DNA of 64,000 nucleotides from Bacteroidales bacterium (GCA_003559855.1 PWJZ01000004.1:30695-94694), one strand, 5' to 3'. Counted from the stretch's first letter, positions 21,031 through 29,994 are shown. Notes: generated by a model from the letters alone, not told the origin. Translations and numbers: made by a program.

Positions 21031-21384
21031 CTATTTTTCCATATGAACCTTCCATTCATCATCAATTTTTATCAAACTGATCGTTTCTCTATCATCAAAA
21101 CCCTCAATATTATATGTACAATATGCCTTATCTTCCTCAACACTACATTCAATATTTTCATATTTTTCACCGGTTGGTTCTTCCTCTTCAACCAGCCAGG
21201 CCATAAAAGACAATATTTGTGCCGTTTCATCGGTACAATATTTTGCAGCTTCATCATACTCATGGTTTGATAAATGGTTCAGATACTTTTCAACAACTCT
21301 TTCGGGAGTATGGGCAGGTTTACAGCCTGTAAAAAGGACTGAACCCGCAAAAATAACAACAAGTAACAATGACAATTTTTTCAT
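21031..21384 (-). CDS. Small lipoprotein (DUF4878-like), function unknown
   Basis: 117 aa with a lipoprotein signal and lipobox (LLVVIFAGSVLFTGC). The remainder is an acidic soluble domain. Confidence 0.6.
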   Translation of the reverse strand: MKKLSLLLVVIFAGSVLFTGCKPAHTPERVVEKYLNHLSNHEYDEAAKYCTDETAQILSFMAWLVEEEEPTGEKYENIECSVEEDKAYCTYNIEGFDDRETISLIKIDDEWKVHMEK

Positions 21385-21476
21385 ATGTATAAATTTTAGG
21401 TTAATAAAAATTCAGGCACTATCTATCTATTAGGTATTTATATCAACTCGTTAATGGGAGGTCGGCCAACTAAATA

Positions 21477-22394
21477 TCAAAAGTAAACCCTTTCGATATC
21501 AAGCTTGCTGAGGTCAAGCGTGCCTATACCCATTTCTTCGGCAATACGCAGATACCCGATATCTTTGGGGTTGGAGCCGAACAACAATGTACTTGCAGCA
21601 TCGATAGCGACAATATCCGGTGATATAAGCAAACTTTCCATTCTTGTGAGGTCTGCGGTTGATACACCGCGAGGACCGTTGCGTGTCATAACAAAGTAGG
21701 CGTCTACAATGTTAAGTTGTGGTTTACGCTCATAAAGACAAAAATCTGCTATACATTGATGCAGGTTATTCCTGTGCCAAAAGCGACGGTCCCAAATAAT
21801 GCCCATCAAGTTTTTCATTGCAATGGTCAATGATGTAGAGCCATGATGCTTTAGCACGGGAACATTAATATAGAGATCCGACTCCAGTATCAATTCATGC
21901 ACTTTAACATCCTTAAGTCTTCTGGCGCCGGGAATGTCAACCGGATGATAATATCGTTCGAGATTACCCGGTACCATTTGCCCGTTTGCTGCACGTACAG
22001 CATCTTCAATTCCGCTGTTCTGGTATGACCGTCGCCAGTTATCGCATGTATTATCGAAAGATAAAACTCTCCTTGCTCCTGCCGCATAGCAACTTTCAAC
22101 GACTGCCTTCACCAGGTCCGGATTTGTATTTGCTGCACGCTCCGGTGAAACATCCCACCCGATGTTGGGCTTCACCACAACAGTCTGACCCCTCTTAACA
22201 AACCTGCCCATACCACCTATCTCTTCAATGCCGCGTTTGAACATAGTGACAGGATCCGATCCCCGTAAAGCAACCAAATCCGGCAAAGTACGTCCATGGC
22301 CGAATAACCTTGTGCCAAATCCCGAAACCGAAGCTATCAAACTCCCGGATAAACCATATAAAAAACTTTTCCTTAAAAATTCCCTCCTGTCCAT
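21477..22394 (-). CDS. DUF362 domain protein with twin-arginine signal peptide
   Basis: 305 aa. The N-terminus MDRREFLRKSFLYGLSG is a Tat-type motif. The remainder matches the DUF362 pattern as I recall it (VVKPNIGW...; HHGSTSLTIAMKNLMG). Confidence 0.65.
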   Translation of the reverse strand: MDRREFLRKSFLYGLSGSLIASVSGFGTRLFGHGRTLPDLVALRGSDPVTMFKRGIEEIGGMGRFVKRGQTVVVKPNIGWDVSPERAANTNPDLVKAVVESCYAAGARRVLSFDNTCDNWRRSYQNSGIEDAVRAANGQMVPGNLERYYHPVDIPGARRLKDVKVHELILESDLYINVPVLKHHGSTSLTIAMKNLMGIIWDRRFWHRNNLHQCIADFCLYERKPQLNIVDAYFVMTRNGPRGVSTADLTRMESLLISPDIVAIDAASTLLFGSNPKDIGYLRIAEEMGIGTLDLSKLDIERVYF

Positions 22395-22666
22395 ATTTTA
22401 TTTTTTTTTATTTCAATACAAATATATAAGGAAAGTTTAAAAATTCTTATTTTTGAAAAAAATTCTGTTATAAAACTTAATAATGTTGTTTTTAAAAATA
22501 ACAAAAACAACTAATTAAAATGCAAATTTTTTATAACAACGTATCGCAAACAACGTATATTTCAGAAAAGGCTAACCCGTCAAAGGTTGCCCGTATACCG
22601 TTATTTGAAAAAACAAATGAGATACTCATAGACCGGAGTTCGCAATGAACTCAGAATAGTGGTTTT

Positions 22667-22802
22667 ATGAGCAATGTGAGTAACCGACCTCATGAGCGAA
22701 AAGAGTTATGAAGCATGAGGATTCCATCGGTTTATAATCAATTATGCTTATTTGGAAGATATATATTATTGTAAATCAATATTTTAAACACATTTTATAC
22801 AG
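22667..22802 (+). promoter_or_regulatory. Conserved bipartite 5' leader element, copy A (hairpin, two mini-ORFs and an 18-nt start-proximal box)
   Basis: It shares two blocks with 26086-26219 at identical spacing and identical distance to the start codon. Block 1 (22709-22727) matches 17/19. Block 2 (22781-22798) matches 18/18. Details are in the findings. Confidence 0.55.
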
Positions 22803-23324
22803 ATGAAAACAAATATTGCAGTTAAAGCTATCAACATCAGGAAAAGTATTCCAACGGTTATATTTCATGCTTTTGCACTGGCTTTTATTTATCTGATACC
22901 TACTTTTTCTCATTTGTTAAGCTTTCCTTTATACTATATTGAGCCTATGAGGCTTATGGTGGTCATTGCCATCATACACAGCCACCGTTATAATGCATAT
23001 GCCCTGGCAATAACGCTGCCTTTGTTTTCATTTGCAGTGGCAGCACATCCGGTTTTCATCAAAAGCATACTGATCTCCATCGAATTGCTTTTCATGGTGT
23101 GGTTGTTTTACCGGTTGTCACAATACCTTAATAGTTTCGCAAACATTTTGCTAAGTATATGGGCTTCAAAGATTCTTTATTACGGATTAAAATACATAGC
23201 AATTCTTACATTGCTGCCAAAAGAACACCTTGTTGCAACCCCAATACACCTGCAAGTTATTACTTCTGTGGTTTTCAGCGCCTACCTTTTCGGTGTGTTG
23301 TATTACAGAAACCGTAAAAGCTGA
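22803..23324 (+). CDS. Integral membrane protein, function unknown (about 5 TM helices)
   Basis: 173-aa hydrophobic ORF. I recognise no diagnostic family motif. Confidence 0.6.
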   Translation: MKTNIAVKAINIRKSIPTVIFHAFALAFIYLIPTFSHLLSFPLYYIEPMRLMVVIAIIHSHRYNAYALAITLPLFSFAVAAHPVFIKSILISIELLFMVWLFYRLSQYLNSFANILLSIWASKILYYGLKYIAILTLLPKEHLVATPIHLQVITSVVFSAYLFGVLYYRNRKS

Positions 23325-23437
23325 AAATATTTTTCATCTTTATATAATAAACCGTTAACTGTACAAAACCAAAACAATAAAATTTACCTTACTCACGGTA
23401 TTTTATAATAGCCGGTTTCTTAAAATTAAGAATTTTC

Positions 23438-24010
23438 ATGATCATTATTGGTAATGCTATAGTTTCTGAGGATCTGCTTAATGTTCATTTCACCTGTGAC
23501 CTTGTAAAGTGTTCGGGTCGTTGCTGTGTGGAGGGTGAGGCTGGTGCACCTCTTACAGAAGATGAAACCGCTATATTGCAATCGATATACCCGTCAATAA
23601 AACCTTATTTGCCTTACAAAAGCCTGAAGTCAATAGCAAAACAGGGATTATTTGTAAAAGATTTTGAGGGTGAGCTTACCACACCGCTTATAGATAATAA
23701 GCACTGTGTTTATGCTTGTTTTGACGATGGAAAAATAGCAAGATGTGCAATAGAAAAAGCTTATTTCGATGGATTAATAAAATACCGGAAACCGCTTTCG
23801 TGCCACCTCTACCCTGTCAGAATAACTAAAAATAATTTATATGACGCTGTCAATTATCACAAATGGCATCTTTGCGGTCCAGCACGAAAGTATGGGAAAA
23901 AACTGAATATCCCAGTATATGAATTTGCAAAAGACGCACTTATAAGAAAATATGGCAATGAATGGTATAATGAATTTGCCAATATTGCAAAGGAACATAC
24001 GGAAAAATAA
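23438..24010 (+). CDS. DUF3109 family Cys-rich protein
   Basis: 190 aa. The N-terminal pattern is FTCDLVKCSGRCCVEGEAGAPLTEDE. It also has CAIEKAY...KPLSCHLYPVR, which matches my memory of Bacteroidota DUF3109. Confidence 0.65.
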   Translation: MIIIGNAIVSEDLLNVHFTCDLVKCSGRCCVEGEAGAPLTEDETAILQSIYPSIKPYLPYKSLKSIAKQGLFVKDFEGELTTPLIDNKHCVYACFDDGKIARCAIEKAYFDGLIKYRKPLSCHLYPVRITKNNLYDAVNYHKWHLCGPARKYGKKLNIPVYEFAKDALIRKYGNEWYNEFANIAKEHTEK

Positions 24011-24161
24011 AATAAAATTTTATGTTTGCTTCGTTTGATATTTATTTCTTTGCATTTTTTTGTACATGATCGCCTTTCAGGGTGCATTTGTGAATACTGC
24101 AACTTTCACTATCGCTCTTCCAGGCCATCTAAATCAACGGATCGAACATCGACAACAAAAA

Positions 24162-24599
24162 ATGAATATGAATAGCTTTATAAAACACCTTTTCGTACGT
24201 ACTTTTTCAGCGATCCTGCTTTTTAGCGTTTTTTATCCGGCATCATTCTCACATGTCTTTAATAAACCTGAAAAGCCGTTGCATCCGCAACTAAAAACCG
24301 ATACAAATATTATTCGATATGATACTATAATTCAGCACAGTAAAACAACACGGCGAATTACCATAACCAACCAGGGTAATGTTGCTTTGCGGATTTTCAA
24401 TATCAGGAGCTCATGCGGCATATCCGTCCCTTCATGGCCAAGACAACTTATTGAACCCGGAGAAAAAGCTTTTATACAAATGAGATATGATGCATCCAAT
24501 CCAGGGCCAATAAACCGTAAGATCATCATCCACAGCAATTCGCCCGAAGAGACAAAAATTATTAAAGTAAAGGGATATGTAATTCCGAAAGAAAAGTAA
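24162..24599 (+). CDS. DUF1573 domain protein (secreted)
   Basis: The track ORF begins at 24060. The ATG at 24162 (MNMNSFIKHLF...) gives a normal signal peptide. The core ITITNQGNVALRIFNIRSSCGISVPSWPRQLIEPGEKAFIQMRY matches the DUF1573 pattern (..N.G...L.I..V..SCGC..P.W....I.PG....I...). Confidence 0.7.
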   Translation: MNMNSFIKHLFVRTFSAILLFSVFYPASFSHVFNKPEKPLHPQLKTDTNIIRYDTIIQHSKTTRRITITNQGNVALRIFNIRSSCGISVPSWPRQLIEPGEKAFIQMRYDASNPGPINRKIIIHSNSPEETKIIKVKGYVIPKEK

Positions 24600-24607
24600 T
24601 TCGAATT

Positions 24608-25300
24608 ATGCAAACGTTCGCCGAAAAAGTCATCTCATTCAACAAAAACCTTAGGCTTGACATTGAACTTCCAAAGGATATCCGTGTGATGAACCCGTTT
24701 ACAGAGAATCCTGGGGCTCTGGCTGTATCATCAGCTTTTTACCGTAAGTATTACGATGATCATAAAAAACGTCATTTAATACTGGGCATAAACCCGGGGC
24801 GTTTTGGTGCTGGCGTAACGGGAGTGCCTTTTACCGATACAAAAAGATTGGGCGAAAAATGTGGCTTAAAAATAAAGAATTTAAGTACCCACGAACCATC
24901 ATCAGTTTTTGTTTATGAAGTAATTGACGCTTACGGAGGAGTTGAAAGGTTTTTTTCCGATTTCTACATAAACTCCCCAAGCCCCCTGGGATTTGTCAAA
25001 ACCAACAGCAAGGGTAAGCAGGTGAATTTCAACTACTACGACAGTAAAACTTTGCTCGACAAAATAGAAAAATTTCTTGTCAACTCAATTTGTGCACATA
25101 TAGACAAAGGAATCAATACCAACGTATGCTTTTGCATGGGTTCGGGTAAAAATTTCACTGTAATCAGCAGGATCAACAAAAAACATGATCTCTTCAAAAC
25201 GATAATCCCGCTTGAACACCCACGCTATATTATGCAATATAAATCAAAACATAAAAGGCACTATAGAGATAAATACCTGCTTTCTTTCAACTCTGTATAA
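24608..25300 (+). CDS. Uracil-DNA glycosylase superfamily protein (SMUG-like)
   Basis: 230 aa. The motif HLILGINPGRFGAGVTGVPFTD resembles UDG motif 1 of the SMUG-type enzymes (GMNPGPFG). Confidence 0.6.
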   Translation: MQTFAEKVISFNKNLRLDIELPKDIRVMNPFTENPGALAVSSAFYRKYYDDHKKRHLILGINPGRFGAGVTGVPFTDTKRLGEKCGLKIKNLSTHEPSSVFVYEVIDAYGGVERFFSDFYINSPSPLGFVKTNSKGKQVNFNYYDSKTLLDKIEKFLVNSICAHIDKGINTNVCFCMGSGKNFTVISRINKKHDLFKTIIPLEHPRYIMQYKSKHKRHYRDKYLLSFNSV

Positions 25301-25312
25301 AACAATCAAATA

Positions 25313-25348
25313 TCAAAAAAAAGCCGCTGCAAATTCGAGCGGCTTTTT
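25313..25348. terminator. Bidirectional rho-independent terminator between the convergent glycosylase and csp genes
   Basis: The arrangement is AAAAAAAA-GCCGCT-GCAAATTCG-AGCGGC-TTTTT. There is an A-run on one side and a T-run on the other. Confidence 0.65.
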
Positions 25349-25395
25349 AACCGGTTAAAAAAACAGACCATTACAGAATTCTTTCTGAAGATCAA

Positions 25396-25593
25396 CTATT
25401 CCGTTTTTAATTTCACATTTGTAGCGTTCAAACCTTTTCTACCTTCTACTAATTCGAAGGTCACATCGTCACCTTCTTTAACCCGGTCTACCAAGCCGGA
25501 AGCATGAACAAAGAATTCCTTGTCCGATTCCGAATCTTTTATAAATCCAAATCCTTTTAGTTCATTGAAGAACTTTACTATTCCAGTTTTCAT
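25396..25593 (-). CDS. Cold-shock protein (CspA family)
   Basis: 65 aa with RNP1 and RNP2 motifs (KGFGFI, FFVHAS). Confidence 0.9.
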   Translation of the reverse strand: MKTGIVKFFNELKGFGFIKDSESDKEFFVHASGLVDRVKEGDDVTFELVEGRKGLNATNVKLKTE

Positions 25594-26085
25594 AAATTTA
25601 ATATGTAATTGTGTTTTAAATTTGGTATTGAAAAACGCAAAAATTGAAGGGAATTATTCTGGCAAGGAAATTAATTCAATGATCAAATATGCGGTAAACA
25701 ATACCGTTTATTATTTTTTATCACCACAAAGGTAATTTAAAATTTCAAATAACCTGAAAAATATTTCAGAAAAGATAAATTTTTAAGAGTTTGAATTTAT
25801 TTTGCTTTAATTATCGTTGAGATTGGCTTTCCGGATATTAAAGCTTAAAACCACTGTTCTAGCGCATTTTGTTCAAATAATATTTGTGCTGGTGCTCAAC
25901 GATTTTTAAAATTTTATTTTCCGGCGAATCACTTATTTTAAAAATTAGCCGCTTCACAAACCCGAATTTTAATTTCATGTTATTTCAAACCAATCTATTT
26001 TTTAATTTTGCACGATATTTTTTGTAATTCAGTATGGTTAATTGCGGTGATTTCAAATGTCATTGCAAAAAATCCGGAATAAAAT

Positions 26086-26219
26086 ATGAAACCTTCATTT
26101 GCCAACTTCCACAAAAGGAAATAAGTGAAGCATGAGGGTTTCATGTATTAAGAACTGATAACGCAAACATTAATCAATATATGTTTTTAACAATAGGATT
26201 TTAAACACATTTTATTCGG
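26086..26219 (+). promoter_or_regulatory. Conserved bipartite 5' leader element, copy B (13-bp hairpin, two abutting mini-ORFs and an 18-nt start-proximal box)
   Basis: The stem pairs 26086-26098 with 26132-26144 (12 Watson-Crick pairs plus 1 G.U). Block 1 is 26126-26144 and block 2 is 26198-26215. See the findings. Confidence 0.55.
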
Positions 26220-27296
26220 ATGAAGCCAACGGGTATTCAAATAGCTGGCGAGTTCAAGGGTTGTTCCTCGGATATTTTGAACTGCCCGGAGACTCTTGAG
26301 CAACTTATCAACAAAGCCATTACCGACTCAGGCATGATGATGGTCAATATTATTTCACACCGTTTTGATCCGGTAGGCATAACTGTTGCCGCTATTCTCA
26401 GCGAATCTCATGTAGTTGTTCACACCTATCCCGAAGCCGAACATGCTTCGGTTGATATTTATACCTGCAGTTTTAACCCGGAACCGCCCAGGCGATTATT
26501 TGAATACCTTAAAAGAGGATTGCAGGCAAGGCGAATAAAGCATCTTGAAATACTTCGCGGAGATATTCTTGACAACAAAAAAACAAACCTTATAACCACT
26601 ACTGCGGGTAATGGTTTTGAGATACGTTATGAAATTGAACGTATGATCCTGAGTCAAAAAACAGATTTTCAGCAGATGGACATCATAGACAATGCGGTCT
26701 TCGGCAGGATGTTGTTTCTTGATAATGACCTTCAGATAGCCGATTCCGATGCATATATTTATAATGAGGCGATGATCGCCCCTTCAAGGCTGTTGGATAA
26801 AATAAACCGTAGCCTGATACTCGGAGGAGGCGATGGTGGCATTGCAAATCAATTGCTCAAGGAATCCGGCACTGAAATAACCCTTATTGACATTGACCCT
26901 CAGGTAATTCAAGCATGTAAAACCCATATACCAAAAGTGGCAGGAAATGCTTTTGAAAATAAACGCCTAAAAGTCATTAACAGCGATGCCGAAAAATTCC
27001 TCCAATCTGTTGAAAAAAAATATAATGCTATATTTTATGACCTTTCTATGCATCCCGAAATTTTTTCCGTTAAAAACAAAAAAACCTACCTTACCGACCT
27101 TTTCAGATCACTTGAAAAAACCCTGAAAAGCAATGGGATACTCTCTATGCAATGCTGTTCGGCATTCGACAGTGAAACACTTGAAATGATCAATAAAATA
27201 ATCCCGCAATTCTTCCAAAATGTCAACTATAAAGAAATATTCATCCCCTCATTTTGTGAACCCTGGGTGTTTGCTTCGGCAAGAGTTAATAGTTGA
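26220..27296 (+). CDS. Fusion protein: S-adenosylmethionine decarboxylase (SpeH/class 1b type) plus spermidine synthase-like aminopropyltransferase
   Basis: 358 aa. Residues 1 to about 115 align with small bacterial AdoMetDC, including the self-processing site LSES|HVVVHTYPE and DIYTC. The C-terminal 240 aa have an aminopropyltransferase pattern (LFLDNDLQIADSD..YNEAM, LILGGGDGG, LIDIDPQV). Confidence 0.8.
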   Translation: MKPTGIQIAGEFKGCSSDILNCPETLEQLINKAITDSGMMMVNIISHRFDPVGITVAAILSESHVVVHTYPEAEHASVDIYTCSFNPEPPRRLFEYLKRGLQARRIKHLEILRGDILDNKKTNLITTTAGNGFEIRYEIERMILSQKTDFQQMDIIDNAVFGRMLFLDNDLQIADSDAYIYNEAMIAPSRLLDKINRSLILGGGDGGIANQLLKESGTEITLIDIDPQVIQACKTHIPKVAGNAFENKRLKVINSDAEKFLQSVEKKYNAIFYDLSMHPEIFSVKNKKTYLTDLFRSLEKTLKSNGILSMQCCSAFDSETLEMINKIIPQFFQNVNYKEIFIPSFCEPWVFASARVNS

Positions 27297-27355
27297 CTGT
27301 CCTCCATACCATTTATTTGCCATATATTTGCAACTGAATCAAAAACAACACTACT

Positions 27356-28465
27356 ATGGATGAAATAATCTCATTTGCCGGTCAAACCTGGTACGATAAC
27401 TACATTTGGCAGTATGGTTTGTTTTTATTGCTGATAATTGCAGGGTTGATTTCAAAGAAGTTTTTTTCAAAACTAATAAGCTTTTTTCTTTTCAAACTTT
27501 TCAGAAAATATAAGGAATACATTGAAGCTGACGCATTTTACAGGTTACTGCAGAAGCCATTGAGTTTTATCCTGATGCTGATCTTTATTTACCTGGCTTT
27601 CATACAGATAAGTTTTCCCGAATATTGGGAAATGGCGCCAAAAGAAGAATTTGGAATTAATATGATCCTTAAACGTTTATTTTCCGTTTTACTTATATGC
27701 TCAATCATCTGGATTTTCTTACGTCTTGCCGATTTTATGTCGGTAATCATGATTAAAAGGGCTGAACAAAAGGAGAATATTCTCGGCATAAAACAGATAA
27801 TACCTTTTTTTGTTGACGGCACTAAAATAATCATTATCATTTTCGGACTGTTCTTTATATTAGGGTCGGTTTTTGATGTGAACATCAGCACTCTTGTTGC
27901 CGGTATTGGCATTGGAGGACTTGCCCTGGCACTCGCTGCCAAGGAAAGCCTGGAAAACCTCGTGGGCTCATTTACTATATTTCTTGACAAACCTTTTGTT
28001 GTGGGAGATTTTGTAAAAGTAGGAGATGTACTAGGTGTTGTTGAAAAAATAGGCTTCAGAAGCACCAGGATAAGAACACTCGAAAAAAGCTACGTTACAC
28101 TGCCAAACAAAAAAATGGTTGATCAGGAACTGGACAACCTTTCACTACGTACCTACAGAAGAGCCATGTTCAATATAGGGCTGACATACTCAACAAATAC
28201 CAACCAGGTACAAGCTATAGTGAGTGATATCAAAAAGCTAATTGAAGATCACACCAATACCAGCGAAGATTATAAAGTCTATTTTACCGAATTTGGAGCC
28301 AGCAGCCTCGATATCATGATACTTTTCTTTGTTGACACTATGGACTGGGGAGTATATCTTGAAACAAAACAGGAAATCAATTTCAAGATCATGGAAATTG
28401 TCAAAAAGCATAAAGCTGATTTCGCATTCCCGTCAACAAGCGTATATATTGAAAAACAAACTTAA
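27356..28465 (+). CDS. Mechanosensitive ion channel family protein (MscS-like)
   Basis: 369 aa with N-terminal TM helices. The MscS pore/beta-domain signature is GIGGLALALAAKESLENLVGSFTIFLDKPFVVGDFVKVGDVLGVVEKIGFRSTRIRT. Confidence 0.85.
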   Translation: MDEIISFAGQTWYDNYIWQYGLFLLLIIAGLISKKFFSKLISFFLFKLFRKYKEYIEADAFYRLLQKPLSFILMLIFIYLAFIQISFPEYWEMAPKEEFGINMILKRLFSVLLICSIIWIFLRLADFMSVIMIKRAEQKENILGIKQIIPFFVDGTKIIIIIFGLFFILGSVFDVNISTLVAGIGIGGLALALAAKESLENLVGSFTIFLDKPFVVGDFVKVGDVLGVVEKIGFRSTRIRTLEKSYVTLPNKKMVDQELDNLSLRTYRRAMFNIGLTYSTNTNQVQAIVSDIKKLIEDHTNTSEDYKVYFTEFGASSLDIMILFFVDTMDWGVYLETKQEINFKIMEIVKKHKADFAFPSTSVYIEKQT

Positions 28466-28858
28466 AACAGGACTTGCCGGGTGTGTTGCGCCAGGAATGC
28501 CGGCAACCGCTGCAAGACAAATCTTGCTGGAAACACCTGTGAACCTTGCAGTATTGAAAACCATGTAATACTCTGATTTTTTACAAAGGCAATAAATTAA
28601 TTTCAAATATGCAATAAAAACGATCAATGATTGTTGTCTAATTATAAAAATCAATATTTTTCCGGGCAGTAAAATTTTTCGGAAAAAACTATTAACACAA
28701 ATTTACGACAGGTAATACAGACAGATACACAAGATCAGGAGTCCAATCGTATCCTTTTAGTAATTTTGTGCAAAACTCTGATGTTTTTTTTTGTTATATA
28801 TACAAATCATTTACTATTTTAGTTGCTAATTCTAAATTCAACTAATAAAAAGACCGCA

Positions 28859-29569
28859 ATGATCAAACATTTTTTATTACAGGTGCAGCTTCAGAGTCAG
28901 GATTCGGCTGCAGATACTTTGGCAATGGCTGACATGCCTGCCGAAGAGACTCTTACTGTATGGAGTCTTGTACTTAAAGGCGGATTGGTTATGATCCCTC
29001 TTGCCATATTGTCAGTTATAGCGATTTATATTTTTATAGAAAGGTATTTGGCTATAAGCAGGGCATCGCGTGAAGAGACCAACTTCATGAACAATATACG
29101 TGATTTTATGCATGAGGGAAGGATCGATTCAGCCAAATCGTTGTGCCGTAATAATGATTCGCCTATTGCAAGTATGATCGGCAAGGGGCTCGTGCGTATA
29201 GGACGACCGTTGACAGACATCAACGCAGCTATTGAGAATGTAGGTAAGCTTGAAGTGACCAAACTCGAGAAAAACATCGCATTCCTGGCAACGGTTGCAG
29301 GTGCTGCACCCATGCTGGGTTTTCTCGGAACAGTAATAGGTATGGTAAGAGCATTTTACAACCTGTCAATGGCAGGAGGTAATATTGATATCGGCCTTCT
29401 TGCAGGAGGCATTTATGAAGCAATGATAACCACGATAACAGGCCTGACCGTCGGAATTATAGGTTATATCTGTTATAATATCCTGGTATCAAGAATAGAA
29501 AAAGTTGTGTTTTTGCTTGAAGCCAAAGCCACGGAATTTATGGACTTACTTCACGAACCTGCAACATAA
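28859..29569 (+). CDS. exbB: MotA/TolQ/ExbB proton-channel protein
   Basis: The track ORF starts at a TTG (28823); the ATG at 28859 is more plausible. It has three TM helices and the conserved C-terminal region AAPMLGFLGTVIGMVRAF...GIYEAMITTITGLTVG. Confidence 0.85.
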   Translation: MIKHFLLQVQLQSQDSAADTLAMADMPAEETLTVWSLVLKGGLVMIPLAILSVIAIYIFIERYLAISRASREETNFMNNIRDFMHEGRIDSAKSLCRNNDSPIASMIGKGLVRIGRPLTDINAAIENVGKLEVTKLEKNIAFLATVAGAAPMLGFLGTVIGMVRAFYNLSMAGGNIDIGLLAGGIYEAMITTITGLTVGIIGYICYNILVSRIEKVVFLLEAKATEFMDLLHEPAT

Positions 29570-29580
29570 AAAAAAACATC

Positions 29581-29994
29581 ATGGCAATAAGACCAAGAAA
29601 TACACGAAATGTTGCCTTTAATATGGCATCTTTTTCCGACCTGGTATTTTTGTTGTTGATATTCTTTATGCTTACATCAACATTAATAGCACCCAGCGCC
29701 ATAAAATTACTTTTACCTGCGAGTGAAAGTCGCACCATGGCAAGTCAAACAGCAACAGTATATATAAATGAGAAAATGGAATATTTTCTTGAAGAAAGAC
29801 CCGTTAACATTGAAACGTTGCAATCTGGCCTGGAATTTGTATTACAAAATGAAACGGAAGGTTCGGTGGTGTTACGGTCTGATCATACCGTACCGGTACA
29901 GCACATAGTAAATGTTATTGATGTGGTAAATAATATAAACAATAAACGCGATACAAAACACAGGGTAATTTTAGCAACACAACCACCAAGGTAA
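29581..29994 (+). CDS. exbD: ExbD/TolR biopolymer transport protein
   Basis: 137 aa. It has the SFSDLVFLLLIFFMLTS TM segment with the conserved Asp. A periplasmic domain follows. Confidence 0.85.
   Translation: MAIRPRNTRNVAFNMASFSDLVFLLLIFFMLTSTLIAPSAIKLLLPASESRTMASQTATVYINEKMEYFLEERPVNIETLQSGLEFVLQNETEGSVVLRSDHTVPVQHIVNVIDVVNNINNKRDTKHRVILATQPPR

Noticed and set aside
25813-25903. 9-bp inverted repeat ATCGTTGAG...CTCAACGAT in the long csp / speD-speE intergenic region
   Set aside because: The short stem and 73-nt loop could easily arise by chance. The long spacer is adequately explained by the csp 5' UTR plus the speD-speE leader.
28470-28560. Possible SRP (4.5S) RNA or tRNA-like gene in the GC-rich patch after mscS
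   Set aside because: It lacks the conserved SRP domain IV sequence (GGAAGCAGCC-type motif) and lacks tRNA T-arm and anticodon-arm features. It is kept only as an unexplained structured patch.
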